DNA of 64,000 nt from NCBI GenBank assembly GCA_041662565.1, contig JBAZSE010000001.1, positions 129,084 through 193,083 on the forward strand, written 5' to 3'. The notes beneath the pieces were generated by a model. The model was not told the DNA's origin. It saw nothing but the letters and a program-made list of their open reading frames with translations, and ran no database searches. This document shows, piece after piece, positions 45,780-54,443 of this stretch (position 1 is its first letter; every line of letters begins with the position of its first letter). Both the position numbers and the translations under genes were made by a program. Origin of the DNA: Patescibacteria group bacterium (GTDB lineage Bacteria; Patescibacteriota; Patescibacteriia; UBA1558; UBA10009).

Positions 45780-46346
45780 TTAATTATATTTATTCATCAC
45801 CTTATCCATGGGTTCGGCCAGTAACATGGCAGCGGCATTAGTAGTATCGGCTAAGGATTGTTTGATTTTATTTTTTTCCAAAAAGCCAAATTTTTGCAAA
45901 ACAAATTTTTCCAGCTCAATTTTACCGGGATGATTTTCGGCAATGCCGATCCTAAATCTGATAAAGTTTTTAACACCCAAACATTCAATAATTGATTTAA
46001 GGCCGTTATGTCCGCCGGCGCTTTCAAATTGGCCAATCCTGATTTTTCCCAAAGGCAAATCCACATCATCGTAAATAACCCAAATATCTTCGGGCTTAAT
46101 TTTAAAATAAGCCACAATAGCTTGAATCGCTTCTCCCGAAGCATTCATAAAAGTTTGCGGTTTAGCTAAAATTATTTTTTGGCCGTTCGTTTCCAATTCC
46201 GAAATTTCCGCTTTAAATTTTTTATTTAAGCTAAAATTAGGCGCGTGCCAATTTGCCTGCAGTGCATCTAACGCCATAAAGCCGGTGTTATGGCGGGTTT
46301 TAAGGTAATCTTTGCCGGGGTTGCCCAGGCCGATAATCAATTTCAT
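45780..46346 (-). CDS. pth: Peptidyl-tRNA hydrolase
   Basis: 'KLIIGLGNPGKDYLKTRHNTGF' signature. Confidence 0.93.
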   Translation of the reverse strand: MKLIIGLGNPGKDYLKTRHNTGFMALDALQANWHAPNFSLNKKFKAEISELETNGQKIILAKPQTFMNASGEAIQAIVAYFKIKPEDIWVIYDDVDLPLGKIRIGQFESAGGHNGLKSIIECLGVKNFIRFRIGIAENHPGKIELEKFVLQKFGFLEKNKIKQSLADTTNAAAMLLAEPMDKVMNKYN

Positions 46347-46351
46347 AGTTT

Positions 46352-47680
46352 TTACAGCTTTATTCTTCTTACCCTAAGTATAACAGGCGTACCTAAAAAG
46401 CCAAATTTTTCCCGTAACTGATTTTCCATAAATCTGAAATAAGAAAAATGAATATCAGAGGCAAAATCTTTGATGATTTCAAATTCTGGCGGATTTATTC
46501 TGGTTTGCTTAAGCCCTAAAATGCGAGGATGATTAGTGCCCTTGCCCCGCGAGGGAGCGTGTTTTTTAATAATGTTTTTTAAGAATTTATCCAAGGCGTT
46601 CTCTGTAATTTCGCGTGAGCGTTCCTGATAAATTTCTTTAGTTAATTCCAGAATCTTTTTAACTCTTTGGCTTTCTTTGGCCGAGGTAAATAAAATAGGG
46701 GCGTAAGCCAAGTAGGGGAAAAACCGGCGGTAGTAATCGGTAAATTTATTTATGGTGGCGACGTTTTTATCATCAACGGTATCCCATTTGTTGGCAATGA
46801 TAATTAGGCTTTTTTTGGCATCCAAAATAATTTCCGACAAATGCTGATCTTGCTTGCCCAAGGGCTTATCCACTTCGGTAACCAGCAAAACCACATCGGC
46901 TCTATGAATGGTATCCACGGCTTTATCTACGCTGTATTTTTCCAAACGATCGTTGATATGGCTTTTTTTTCTAATGCCGGCCGTGTCTATTAATAGGTAG
47001 TTGTTGCCTTGATAAGTAAATTCCATATCCTGGGGATCGCGCGTGGTGTAGGGAATGGGCGAAACAATAACACGTTCGCTGTCGGTAATGGCATTTAATA
47101 AAGATGATTTGCCAACATTGGGCTTACCGATTATGGCAATTTTGATTATTTTTTCATCCAGCATCGGGGCTTTAGCTTTTTTATTTAATTTGGTTTGAAT
47201 CACATCCAGCAAGTCGCCCGTGCCGCTGCCATTGGTTGCGCTAACCGGCTGAGGAACGCCCAAGCCCAAACGATAATAGTCGGCTAGGTTTTTTCTGGTT
47301 GCTGGATTGTCTGCTTTATTTATCACCACCAAAACAGGTTTTTTGCTTTTTCTTAAAATTTTAGCCACTTCGTTATCTTGGGGCATTAAGCCGTCTTTAG
47401 CTGAAAGCATAAACAGCACTAAATCCGCTTCAGCTAAGGCAAACTTGCTTTGTTTAATAACATCTTCGGTAAAATGTTTTTCGTGAACAATATCCAATCC
47501 TCCCGTATCAATCAAAGTAAAATTTAAACCGCGCCAAGAAACCAAACCATAATTGCGGTCTCGCGTTGTTCCGGCTACGGTGGAAATAATGGCTTTTTTT
47601 TGTTCGGTTAAGCGATTAAACAAAGTTGATTTGCCAACGTTGGCTCGGCCGATTAAAGCGATTTTAGGCAGTTTGTCCAT
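46352..47680 (-). CDS. der: Ribosome-biogenesis GTPase Der (EngA), with two GTPase domains and a KH-like domain
   Basis: 'IALIGRANVGKSTLFN' and 'IAIIGKPNVGKSSLLN' Walker A motifs, followed by a KH-like C-domain. Confidence 0.92.
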   Translation of the reverse strand: MDKLPKIALIGRANVGKSTLFNRLTEQKKAIISTVAGTTRDRNYGLVSWRGLNFTLIDTGGLDIVHEKHFTEDVIKQSKFALAEADLVLFMLSAKDGLMPQDNEVAKILRKSKKPVLVVINKADNPATRKNLADYYRLGLGVPQPVSATNGSGTGDLLDVIQTKLNKKAKAPMLDEKIIKIAIIGKPNVGKSSLLNAITDSERVIVSPIPYTTRDPQDMEFTYQGNNYLLIDTAGIRKKSHINDRLEKYSVDKAVDTIHRADVVLLVTEVDKPLGKQDQHLSEIILDAKKSLIIIANKWDTVDDKNVATINKFTDYYRRFFPYLAYAPILFTSAKESQRVKKILELTKEIYQERSREITENALDKFLKNIIKKHAPSRGKGTNHPRILGLKQTRINPPEFEIIKDFASDIHFSYFRFMENQLREKFGFLGTPVILRVRRIKL

Positions 47681-47699
47681 GAAAATGATTTGTTAAAAA

Positions 47700-49349
47700 T
47701 TATTGAGCCAAGGGTGCGGTTGAAGTTGCTAGTTGGGGAGTGGAAGTGGTAGTGATAACGGGTTTTTCTTCCGGCAGTTTAAAAGAATCGGCATAGTCGG
47801 TGCCTAAAATAATTAAAAAGTCAGGTGTTTTGCCGTCATCTATTGCAGCAGTATTGGTATTATTAGCGTTAATTTCGGCTTGCGTTGAGGCAGGCAAATC
47901 TTGAGGCAAGGATTTGGCAACATAGGCGTTAAGTTCCGCCTTAAGCCATTTAAGGGAATTATTTTTTTGGCCGTTGGTTAAATCATAAATAACGGTCCGT
48001 TCATAATCCTGGGTGGCGGCGTTGCCGTATTTAACTATTTTATAGCCAAGTTTTTCTAAAGCCACCGTTGTCCAATAGGCCAAACCATCCTGGGGCGTGC
48101 CGTTTTGAATGGCAATTTTAGCCGCTTCTTCTTTAATTTTGCCGGTATTAAAAATATTTTTAAATTGCCTGGACAAAGAATCAAAGTTGCCGTCTTTGGG
48201 CTGTAAAATCCAGGCGCCATCCGAACTAAAACCCGGTTCCAATATGCTATCGGGCGCATCATCCAAAGTTAAACGGTAAATTTTACTTTCATCGGTATTT
48301 TTTAGCATTTGGGAAATTTTTAAGGCCTGCCAAACCGACAGATTGGTTTCCAACGAACTGCCCAACAATTCTTTGATAGCCGAAAGCTTGGTAGGTGAGA
48401 GCAAAGTGGAAAATTTAAACAGCTTATCTTTAACGGCTTGCAGGATTAATTGCTGTCGCCTGCTTCTGGCAAAGTCCGAACCTTCAAAGTTATTGCCATG
48501 CCGGCTGCGGGCAAAAATTAAAGCTGTTTTGCCGTCCATTGTTTGCTCGCCGGCTGTAAAACTTACCGTGTGGGTTTTATAATCATCGGTCGGATAAAGA
48601 TTATCGGTAAAAGCAACCGGCACATTAACGTTAATCCCGCCGATTTCATCGATAAATTTTTCAAAGCCGTCAAAGGTTACCAGGCCAAAGTAATGGATGG
48701 GCAAATCAAAATTGTTTTCCAAAGTTTGGATAAAATAACGCGCCGCCTGATCTTTATTTTGGCTTCGGCCCAAAGCGTAAATGGAATTTATTTTTGGCCA
48801 TTGGCCGTCTTTAAGCTTAATAACCATATCGCGGGGGATCGAAAGCAGGCCAACTTCGCCGGTAGAGGGTTTTAAGCTGATGATAATAATGGTATCCGTT
48901 AAGTATGGGCCATCGTGGCCTTCGCCGCCAACACCCAAAGCCAATAAATTAATTCTGTCTTGCAGCTCGCCATCCACTCTTTTATCGCTCGAGGTAATCA
49001 AGTAGGCCAATTGGGCAAAAGGATTAAATTTAGCCAAGCCCGCTATATTGCCACCGCTCGGAGAAAAAAGCTTTTCGGATAAATACATGACTCCGGAAAT
49101 TATAATAATCAAAGAAGTGATCAAAATTATTTTAGCAATCGTGTATTTTTTTTCGCTGTAATTTGAATTTTTGTCAAAACGGAATTTAGGCCTGGTTAAA
49201 ATTCCTGGTTTTTCTTCAATAGTATTTTGTTGTTCTATTGGGTCCGAAGCAACAGGAGGTTGGTTAATTAAAAAATTAATCCGGCTGGATGGTCGGTAAA
49301 CTTTATTGTTTTTGGGCAGAATTCTTTTTAAGCCGTCAAGCGGAGACAT
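47700..49349 (-). CDS. LytR-CpsA-Psr (LCP) family cell-envelope protein with an N-terminal TM
   Basis: 'NLLALGVGGEGHDGPYLTDTIIIISL ... LLSIPRDM' LCP core, TM near aa 80-100, and a LytR_C-like tail. Confidence 0.8.
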   Translation of the reverse strand: MSPLDGLKRILPKNNKVYRPSSRINFLINQPPVASDPIEQQNTIEEKPGILTRPKFRFDKNSNYSEKKYTIAKIILITSLIIIISGVMYLSEKLFSPSGGNIAGLAKFNPFAQLAYLITSSDKRVDGELQDRINLLALGVGGEGHDGPYLTDTIIIISLKPSTGEVGLLSIPRDMVIKLKDGQWPKINSIYALGRSQNKDQAARYFIQTLENNFDLPIHYFGLVTFDGFEKFIDEIGGINVNVPVAFTDNLYPTDDYKTHTVSFTAGEQTMDGKTALIFARSRHGNNFEGSDFARSRRQQLILQAVKDKLFKFSTLLSPTKLSAIKELLGSSLETNLSVWQALKISQMLKNTDESKIYRLTLDDAPDSILEPGFSSDGAWILQPKDGNFDSLSRQFKNIFNTGKIKEEAAKIAIQNGTPQDGLAYWTTVALEKLGYKIVKYGNAATQDYERTVIYDLTNGQKNNSLKWLKAELNAYVAKSLPQDLPASTQAEINANNTNTAAIDDGKTPDFLIILGTDYADSFKLPEEKPVITTTSTPQLATSTAPLAQ

Positions 49350-49519
49350 GTGAATTTTATAGGGAATAAATAATAAGTAATTTTGAATTAAGATGGGTCT
49401 ATTATAATGGGAATTAGGTGTTTAGTCAATCAATGGTGCACTACCCTTGATTTTAATGATTTTGGCTGTTATAATAGCTGTAATTTACTTTAAATATAAG
49501 GTATTTTAAGAATAAGGAT

Positions 49520-49596
49520 GCGTAGCTCAGCTGGTTAGAGCGCTGCATTCACATTGCAGAGGTCAGAGGTTCGATCCCTCTCGCGTCCACCACGCT
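49520..49596 (+). tRNA. tRNA-Val (anticodon CAC). CCA is encoded
   Basis: Acceptor GGATGCG / CGCGTCC (one G-U pair), D-arm GCTCAGCTGGTTAGAGC, anticodon loop TTCACAT, T-arm AGAGGTTCGATCCCTCT, 77 nt. Confidence 0.8.
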
Positions 49597-49723
49597 TAGC
49601 GTGGTGGAAGTCGCGCTAAGCGCGACACCATCGAGCTTAGCTCGACACCACACGTCTTTGCTTTATATAGCGTTTTCTGTTACATTGTTAGATAGTTTAT
49701 CTTCATAATTCAATATTTTTTTC

Positions 49724-50365
49724 ATGAACATTCTTGATTTAAGGCAGCCAGAAGAACAAGAGCCAACAGAGCCCGTTGAGCCAACTGGTTATAATCAAAT
49801 TGCCCCTCGCCATGGCTTTAAAGAATATTTTTTTGAAATAGTAAAAATCATCATTTTTTCCTTGGCCATCATCGTACCGGTTAGAATGTTCGTTGTTCAG
49901 CCGTTTATTGTGGAAGGCGATTCCATGTTGCCTAATTTCCATGACGGCGAATACTTGATTGTTGATGAAATAAGCTATCGCTTTACCGCACCGGTTAGGG
50001 GAGAGGTAGTGATTTTCCATCCACCGCTTTCGCCAAAAACCTATTACATCAAAAGAATCATGGGTTTGCCCAATGAAACGGTGGAATTAAAAGACGGCAA
50101 TATTTATATTTATAATGCCCAGTTTCCCCAAGGCCAATTGGTTGATGAATCCGCCTACTTAACCAATGATAAGGTTAATGAAACCAGCCGGGTGGAATTA
50201 AAAGACGGTCAATATTTTGTGATGGGGGATAACCGTAATAATAGCTTGGATTCCAGGCGCATCGGCCCCATTACCATGAAAAATATCAAAGGCCGGGCTT
50301 TAATTAGGGCTTTTCCTTTTAACAAATTTACTTTATTTAAAGCACCCCAAAATATTTTACCTTAA
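49724..50365 (+). CDS. lepB: Signal peptidase I (S26)
   Basis: 'VEGDSMLPN', 'YIKRIMGLPNE' and 'GDNRNNSLDSR' boxes with an N-terminal TM. Confidence 0.9.
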   Translation: MNILDLRQPEEQEPTEPVEPTGYNQIAPRHGFKEYFFEIVKIIIFSLAIIVPVRMFVVQPFIVEGDSMLPNFHDGEYLIVDEISYRFTAPVRGEVVIFHPPLSPKTYYIKRIMGLPNETVELKDGNIYIYNAQFPQGQLVDESAYLTNDKVNETSRVELKDGQYFVMGDNRNNSLDSRRIGPITMKNIKGRALIRAFPFNKFTLFKAPQNILP

Positions 50366-51684
50366 TGAATACACCTAAAAAAGAATTCAAAAAAAAGAAA
50401 TCCTTACAACTCGTTCGTGGCATGAAAGATATTTTGCCCGAAGAACAGCGTTATTGGGATTTTTGTCGCGATTTGGTTGATAAATTGGCCCGGGCTCATG
50501 GTTTTGAAAGAATCGATACGCCGGTGTTGGAATTTACCGAACTTTTTGTGCGGGCGGTTGGCCAAGTAACCGATATTGTGGAAAAAGAAATGTATTCCTT
50601 TGTTGATCAAGGGGATGATCATTTGGCTTTGCGCCCCGAAGGCACGGCCGGTGTGGTTAGATCATACATTGAACACGGCATGTTAAATTTGCCCCAGCCG
50701 GTAAAGCTGTATTATTTTGCTCCCATGTTTAGGCGTGATAAGCCCCAGGCCGGCAGATACCGCCAGCATTTTCAATTCGGTTTTGAAATAATCGGCGAAG
50801 CCGAGGCCGTGGTTGATGCCCAGGTTATTTTAATCGCTTACAAAATTTATCAAGCCATAAATTTGCCGGTTAATATTCAAATCAACAGTATTGGCTGCCC
50901 TTCTTGTAGGCCGGAATACGAAAACGAACTTAAAGATTATTTAAAAAAGCAAAAAAACAAGTTAAGTGAAATTTCCCAGGCGCGTTTGATTAAAAATCCT
51001 ATGCGGGTTTTGGATTCCAAAGAAAAAGAAGATGCCGAAATTATCGCCGAAGCTCCCCAACAGATTGATTTTTTGTGCGAAAATTGCCGCAACCACTTTA
51101 CTCAAGTTTTGGAATATTTGGATGAATTGGAAGTTCCTTATTCTTTAAATCCCACTATCGTGCGGGGTTTGGATTATTATACCCGCACTGCTTTTGAAAT
51201 TTGGGCCGGCACCGAAGAAGGCGGCAGACAAAGCGCTCTTGGAGGCGGTGGCCGTTATGATGGCTTAGTGGAACAGTTGGGCGGTAACCCCACGCCGGCT
51301 GTTGGTTTTGCTTGCGGAGTAGAGCGTTTTGTTTCGCAAATCAAAGAAACCGATTTTAAAGTTCCTGATCGTTTGCGCCCGGAGATTTTTTTGGCGCAAT
51401 TAGGCATTGAGGCCCGAAAAAAGGTCTTGGCTTTGTTTGAAGATTTGCAGGCCGCCGGTATTAAAGTGGTGGAAAATTTTTCCAAAAGCGGGCTTAAGCC
51501 CCAATTGGAAATGGCCAATAAACTGGGGGTAAAATTCACCATGATTTTAGGGCAAAAGGAAATTATAGACGATACCATCATGATTCGGGATATGGAAAAC
51601 GGTATACAGGAAGTGGTTGATTTCCATAAAGCCGTGGCGGAAATTAAAAAGCGCTTGGAAAAATCAGTGGTGAGTGATAAATAA
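50365..51684 (+). CDS. hisS: Histidyl-tRNA synthetase
   Basis: 'VRGMKDILP', 'LRPEGTAGVVRS' and 'YYTRTAFEI' class II motifs plus the anticodon-binding domain. TAATG overlap with lepB. Confidence 0.93.
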   Translation: MNTPKKEFKKKKSLQLVRGMKDILPEEQRYWDFCRDLVDKLARAHGFERIDTPVLEFTELFVRAVGQVTDIVEKEMYSFVDQGDDHLALRPEGTAGVVRSYIEHGMLNLPQPVKLYYFAPMFRRDKPQAGRYRQHFQFGFEIIGEAEAVVDAQVILIAYKIYQAINLPVNIQINSIGCPSCRPEYENELKDYLKKQKNKLSEISQARLIKNPMRVLDSKEKEDAEIIAEAPQQIDFLCENCRNHFTQVLEYLDELEVPYSLNPTIVRGLDYYTRTAFEIWAGTEEGGRQSALGGGGRYDGLVEQLGGNPTPAVGFACGVERFVSQIKETDFKVPDRLRPEIFLAQLGIEARKKVLALFEDLQAAGIKVVENFSKSGLKPQLEMANKLGVKFTMILGQKEIIDDTIMIRDMENGIQEVVDFHKAVAEIKKRLEKSVVSDK

Positions 51685-51738
51685 TATAATTATTTAAGTA
51701 GCTTTTAAACTGAGCGGTGCCCCTCGGCAAGCTCGGGA

Positions 51739-51823
51739 CAAATAGTTTTCAGCAAAGCTGAAAACTATTTGACTATTATTTTTAAATATGTTATTACTAT
51801 ATAAGAATATAGTAATAATTTTT
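51739..51823. promoter_or_regulatory. hisS terminator hairpin, then a perfect 12-bp palindrome and a third copy of the half-site, in the rpsU promoter region
   Basis: Terminator stem AAATAGTTTTCAGC / GCTGAAAACTATTT (51740-70). Palindrome TTATTACTATAT-aaga-ATATAGTAATAA (51791-51818). ATTACTATATA recurs at 51831. A strong SD AAGGAAGGTGA precedes rpsU. Confidence 0.5.
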
Positions 51824-51869
51824 TGTAAAGATTACTATATAAATCTTAAAGAAAGGAAGGTGAGTTATC

Positions 51870-52130
51870 ATGTTGGAAGTAAAAAAGAAAGATAATGAAA
51901 ATTTTGAATCGCTAATCAGGCGTTTTACCAGAAAAACCATTCAGAGCGGCAAGTTGATTCAAGCCAAAAAAATCAGGTTTCACCAAAAACCCATTAGCAA
52001 AGTGGCCACAAAAGCCAAGGCTATTAGGCGTGGCGAACTTAGAAAAGAGCGCGAATACTTAAGAAAAATCGGCAAACTTGATGATTTATTGGAAAAAAAC
52101 AGCCGCCGGGGCTTTAAAGGTAGAAAATAA
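51870..52130 (+). CDS. rpsU: 30S ribosomal protein S21 with a basic C-terminal extension
   Basis: 'ENFESLIRRFTRKTIQSGKLIQAKKIRFHQKP' matches S21, and there is a strong RBS. Confidence 0.8.
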   Translation: MLEVKKKDNENFESLIRRFTRKTIQSGKLIQAKKIRFHQKPISKVATKAKAIRRGELRKEREYLRKIGKLDDLLEKNSRRGFKGRK

Positions 52131-52165
52131 CGCCTTGTTCAGTATTCAACTTCTAAAGAAATATT

Positions 52166-52609
52166 ATGTCTAATTTATCGGCTCGTTTGGAAGAGGATTT
52201 TACCATTGCCCTTAAAAGTAAAGATGCGATTAAAGTTGGCGCTTTGCGTTTATTGAAAGCGGCCTTAAAAAACGAGCAAATTCAAAAAAAAGCCGAATTG
52301 CTTGATGAAGATATAGTCAAGGTTTTGCGGCGCGAACTTAAAGCCAGGCAGGATTCTATAACCAGCTATTTGGCTGCCAACAGGCAGGATTTAGTTGCTC
52401 AAGAACAACTGGAAGCCGATTTAATAAGCGCTTATTTGCCGGCAGAAATGCCTGAAGAAGAGTTGAGTAAAATAATTGATAAGATATTGTCTGAAAACAG
52501 TTTTACGGCCAAAGATTTTGGTCAAGTCATGAAATTGGTTATGGCTCAAACCAAAGGCAATGCCTCGGGTAATGCCATTAGCGCTTTGGTTAAAAAAGCG
52601 CTTAAATAA
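52166..52609 (+). CDS. GatB/YqeY-domain protein
   Basis: 'LLKAALKNEQIQKK ... LRRELKARQDSI ... ISAYLP' YqeY pattern, 147 aa. Confidence 0.8.
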   Translation: MSNLSARLEEDFTIALKSKDAIKVGALRLLKAALKNEQIQKKAELLDEDIVKVLRRELKARQDSITSYLAANRQDLVAQEQLEADLISAYLPAEMPEEELSKIIDKILSENSFTAKDFGQVMKLVMAQTKGNASGNAISALVKKALK

Positions 52610-52649
52610 GTTAATTTGATTTAAGTTAAAAAGCGAAAACAGCAACCCC

Positions 52650-54431
52650 ATGCTATTTAGAGCTTTTAATCGGAATATTAAAACAGCTACTTTACTAACA
52701 AGTATGGTTATTTTAGTAGCTGTTTTTGTTTTGCCAATACTGGCTTTAGCCCAAACTTCTTTAGGATTTGAACCCGTTGGATCAACAGGTTTGGGAACCC
52801 GTGATCTTAAAGATATCATCATCCTGATTATTAAAATCTTTTTGGGCTTTTTAGGCATTATTGCCGTTGGCTTAATTATCTGGGGCGGTTATACCTGGAT
52901 GACTTCCGGCGGAGAAGAAGACAAAATTTCCGAAGGCAAAAAGATCATTACCAACGCCGTTATTGGCTTGGTTATTATTTTATCTTCTTACGCGATTGTG
53001 CTATTTGTTGTGAGCAAATTTGATGTTGCCAATCAGCCGGGAGGAAATGTGCCTAACAGAGATCGGCGTGAATTTGATGTTAATATCGGAGCTTTTGGCG
53101 GCGGAATTTTAAGGAGCGTTTACCCGGAGCCGGGCGATCGGGATGTGCCCAGAAACGCCATGATCATGGTTAGCTTTAAAGAAAGAATGGATATCTCTTC
53201 CATTATTGAAAGCAATAATCAGCCGGTTGCTTGCGCCAACTTGCCCGAAAATATAACTTGCGGTTATTTAAAAGAATTTACTTTGCCCGATGAATCAGTT
53301 GTGCCGGCAGTTAAAATCATCAATCAAAATGATGATTCAAATTGGCTTTTGGCTAATCAAGTGGTGGTAACTACCGTTGACCGCCAAAATTTTGTTTTTA
53401 ATCCCGCTCCGCTTTTGGGTTCGGCGGATGGAGAGACCGCTTATTCGGTTAATCTTTCGGAGAGGATATTAAAAGATAATGGCCAGGCGGCTTTTTATTC
53501 CGGCGGCTATACTTGGTCGTTTGAAGTCAGTAATGTTTCGGATGTAACCGGGCCTCGAGTGGAAAGCGTATTGCCTAAGGCCGGTTCCACGGTAGCCAAA
53601 AATGCGGTTATTCAAATAAATTTTAATGAGGCCTTAAGCTTAATTTCCGCCACCGGGCATTCAACCGGTAATCCGGGTGAGGCATTTAATAACTTGTTAA
53701 TTAGCTATATCAATGATCAAGAAGCTCCGCAATATTTAAGTGGAGAATTTACCATCAGCAACAGGTTTAGAACAATAGAATTTTTACCCGATCAGGCCTG
53801 CACGGTTGATGGCCAAGAAGTTAGGGCAAATTCTTGTGGGGTTGCGCCAAAGTGTTTGCCAGCCAGCCAAATTATCACTATTTTAGCCAAAGCCGCCACG
53901 GTTAATGAAGCAGGCGAAACCGTAGATTTATTTTCCGGTTTAACCGATGCTTCCGGCAATTCATTGGATGGCAATGCCAATGGTGATTCTCAAGGCCAGC
54001 CAACTGATAATTTTACTTCAAGTTTTAATACTAATAACGAATTGGATTTAACTCCGCCGGTTATTGAAAACATTACTCCGGATCAGGGTTCGGCTAACTC
54101 CCCTAAAAACAGCAGGATTAATGCCGGTTTTAGTGAACAATTAAGAAGCAGTACCGTTAACAGCGATAATTTTAAGGTTTACAAATTTGCTTGCGACGGA
54201 CCTGCTTTCCCCGAGCAGTTAAGCTGTTATCCCGAAGGCGGTTTTAATGTTTATAAGGAAAATAGGGAAAATAAAACCAAAGCGATTTTAAGAACTTACT
54301 ATCCGTATCTGGATCCTTTAACCGTTTATAATCCCAGGTTAACAGCCGGCATCCAAGATTTGTATCAAAACTGTTTTAATCCGGCAACCGGCCCATGCGC
54401 AGAGGGGCAAGTGAGTCCAGGTTGCAGATAA
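52650..54431 (+). CDS. Surface protein with an N-terminal VirB2/TrbC-like pilin domain fused to three Big_5 (SbsA-type Ig-like) domains
   Basis: Signal peptide plus a two-helix hairpin 'IIAVGLIIWGGYTWMTSGGEEDKISEGKKIITNAVIGLVIILSSY'. Big_5-like 'SVYPEPGDRDVPRNAMIMVSFKERMD', 'VESVLPKAGSTVAKNAVIQINFNEAL' and 'IENITPDQGSANSPKNSRINAGFSEQL'. Confidence 0.7.
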   Translation: MLFRAFNRNIKTATLLTSMVILVAVFVLPILALAQTSLGFEPVGSTGLGTRDLKDIIILIIKIFLGFLGIIAVGLIIWGGYTWMTSGGEEDKISEGKKIITNAVIGLVIILSSYAIVLFVVSKFDVANQPGGNVPNRDRREFDVNIGAFGGGILRSVYPEPGDRDVPRNAMIMVSFKERMDISSIIESNNQPVACANLPENITCGYLKEFTLPDESVVPAVKIINQNDDSNWLLANQVVVTTVDRQNFVFNPAPLLGSADGETAYSVNLSERILKDNGQAAFYSGGYTWSFEVSNVSDVTGPRVESVLPKAGSTVAKNAVIQINFNEALSLISATGHSTGNPGEAFNNLLISYINDQEAPQYLSGEFTISNRFRTIEFLPDQACTVDGQEVRANSCGVAPKCLPASQIITILAKAATVNEAGETVDLFSGLTDASGNSLDGNANGDSQGQPTDNFTSSFNTNNELDLTPPVIENITPDQGSANSPKNSRINAGFSEQLRSSTVNSDNFKVYKFACDGPAFPEQLSCYPEGGFNVYKENRENKTKAILRTYYPYLDPLTVYNPRLTAGIQDLYQNCFNPATGPCAEGQVSPGCR

Positions 54432-54443
54432 TATTTTTAAACA

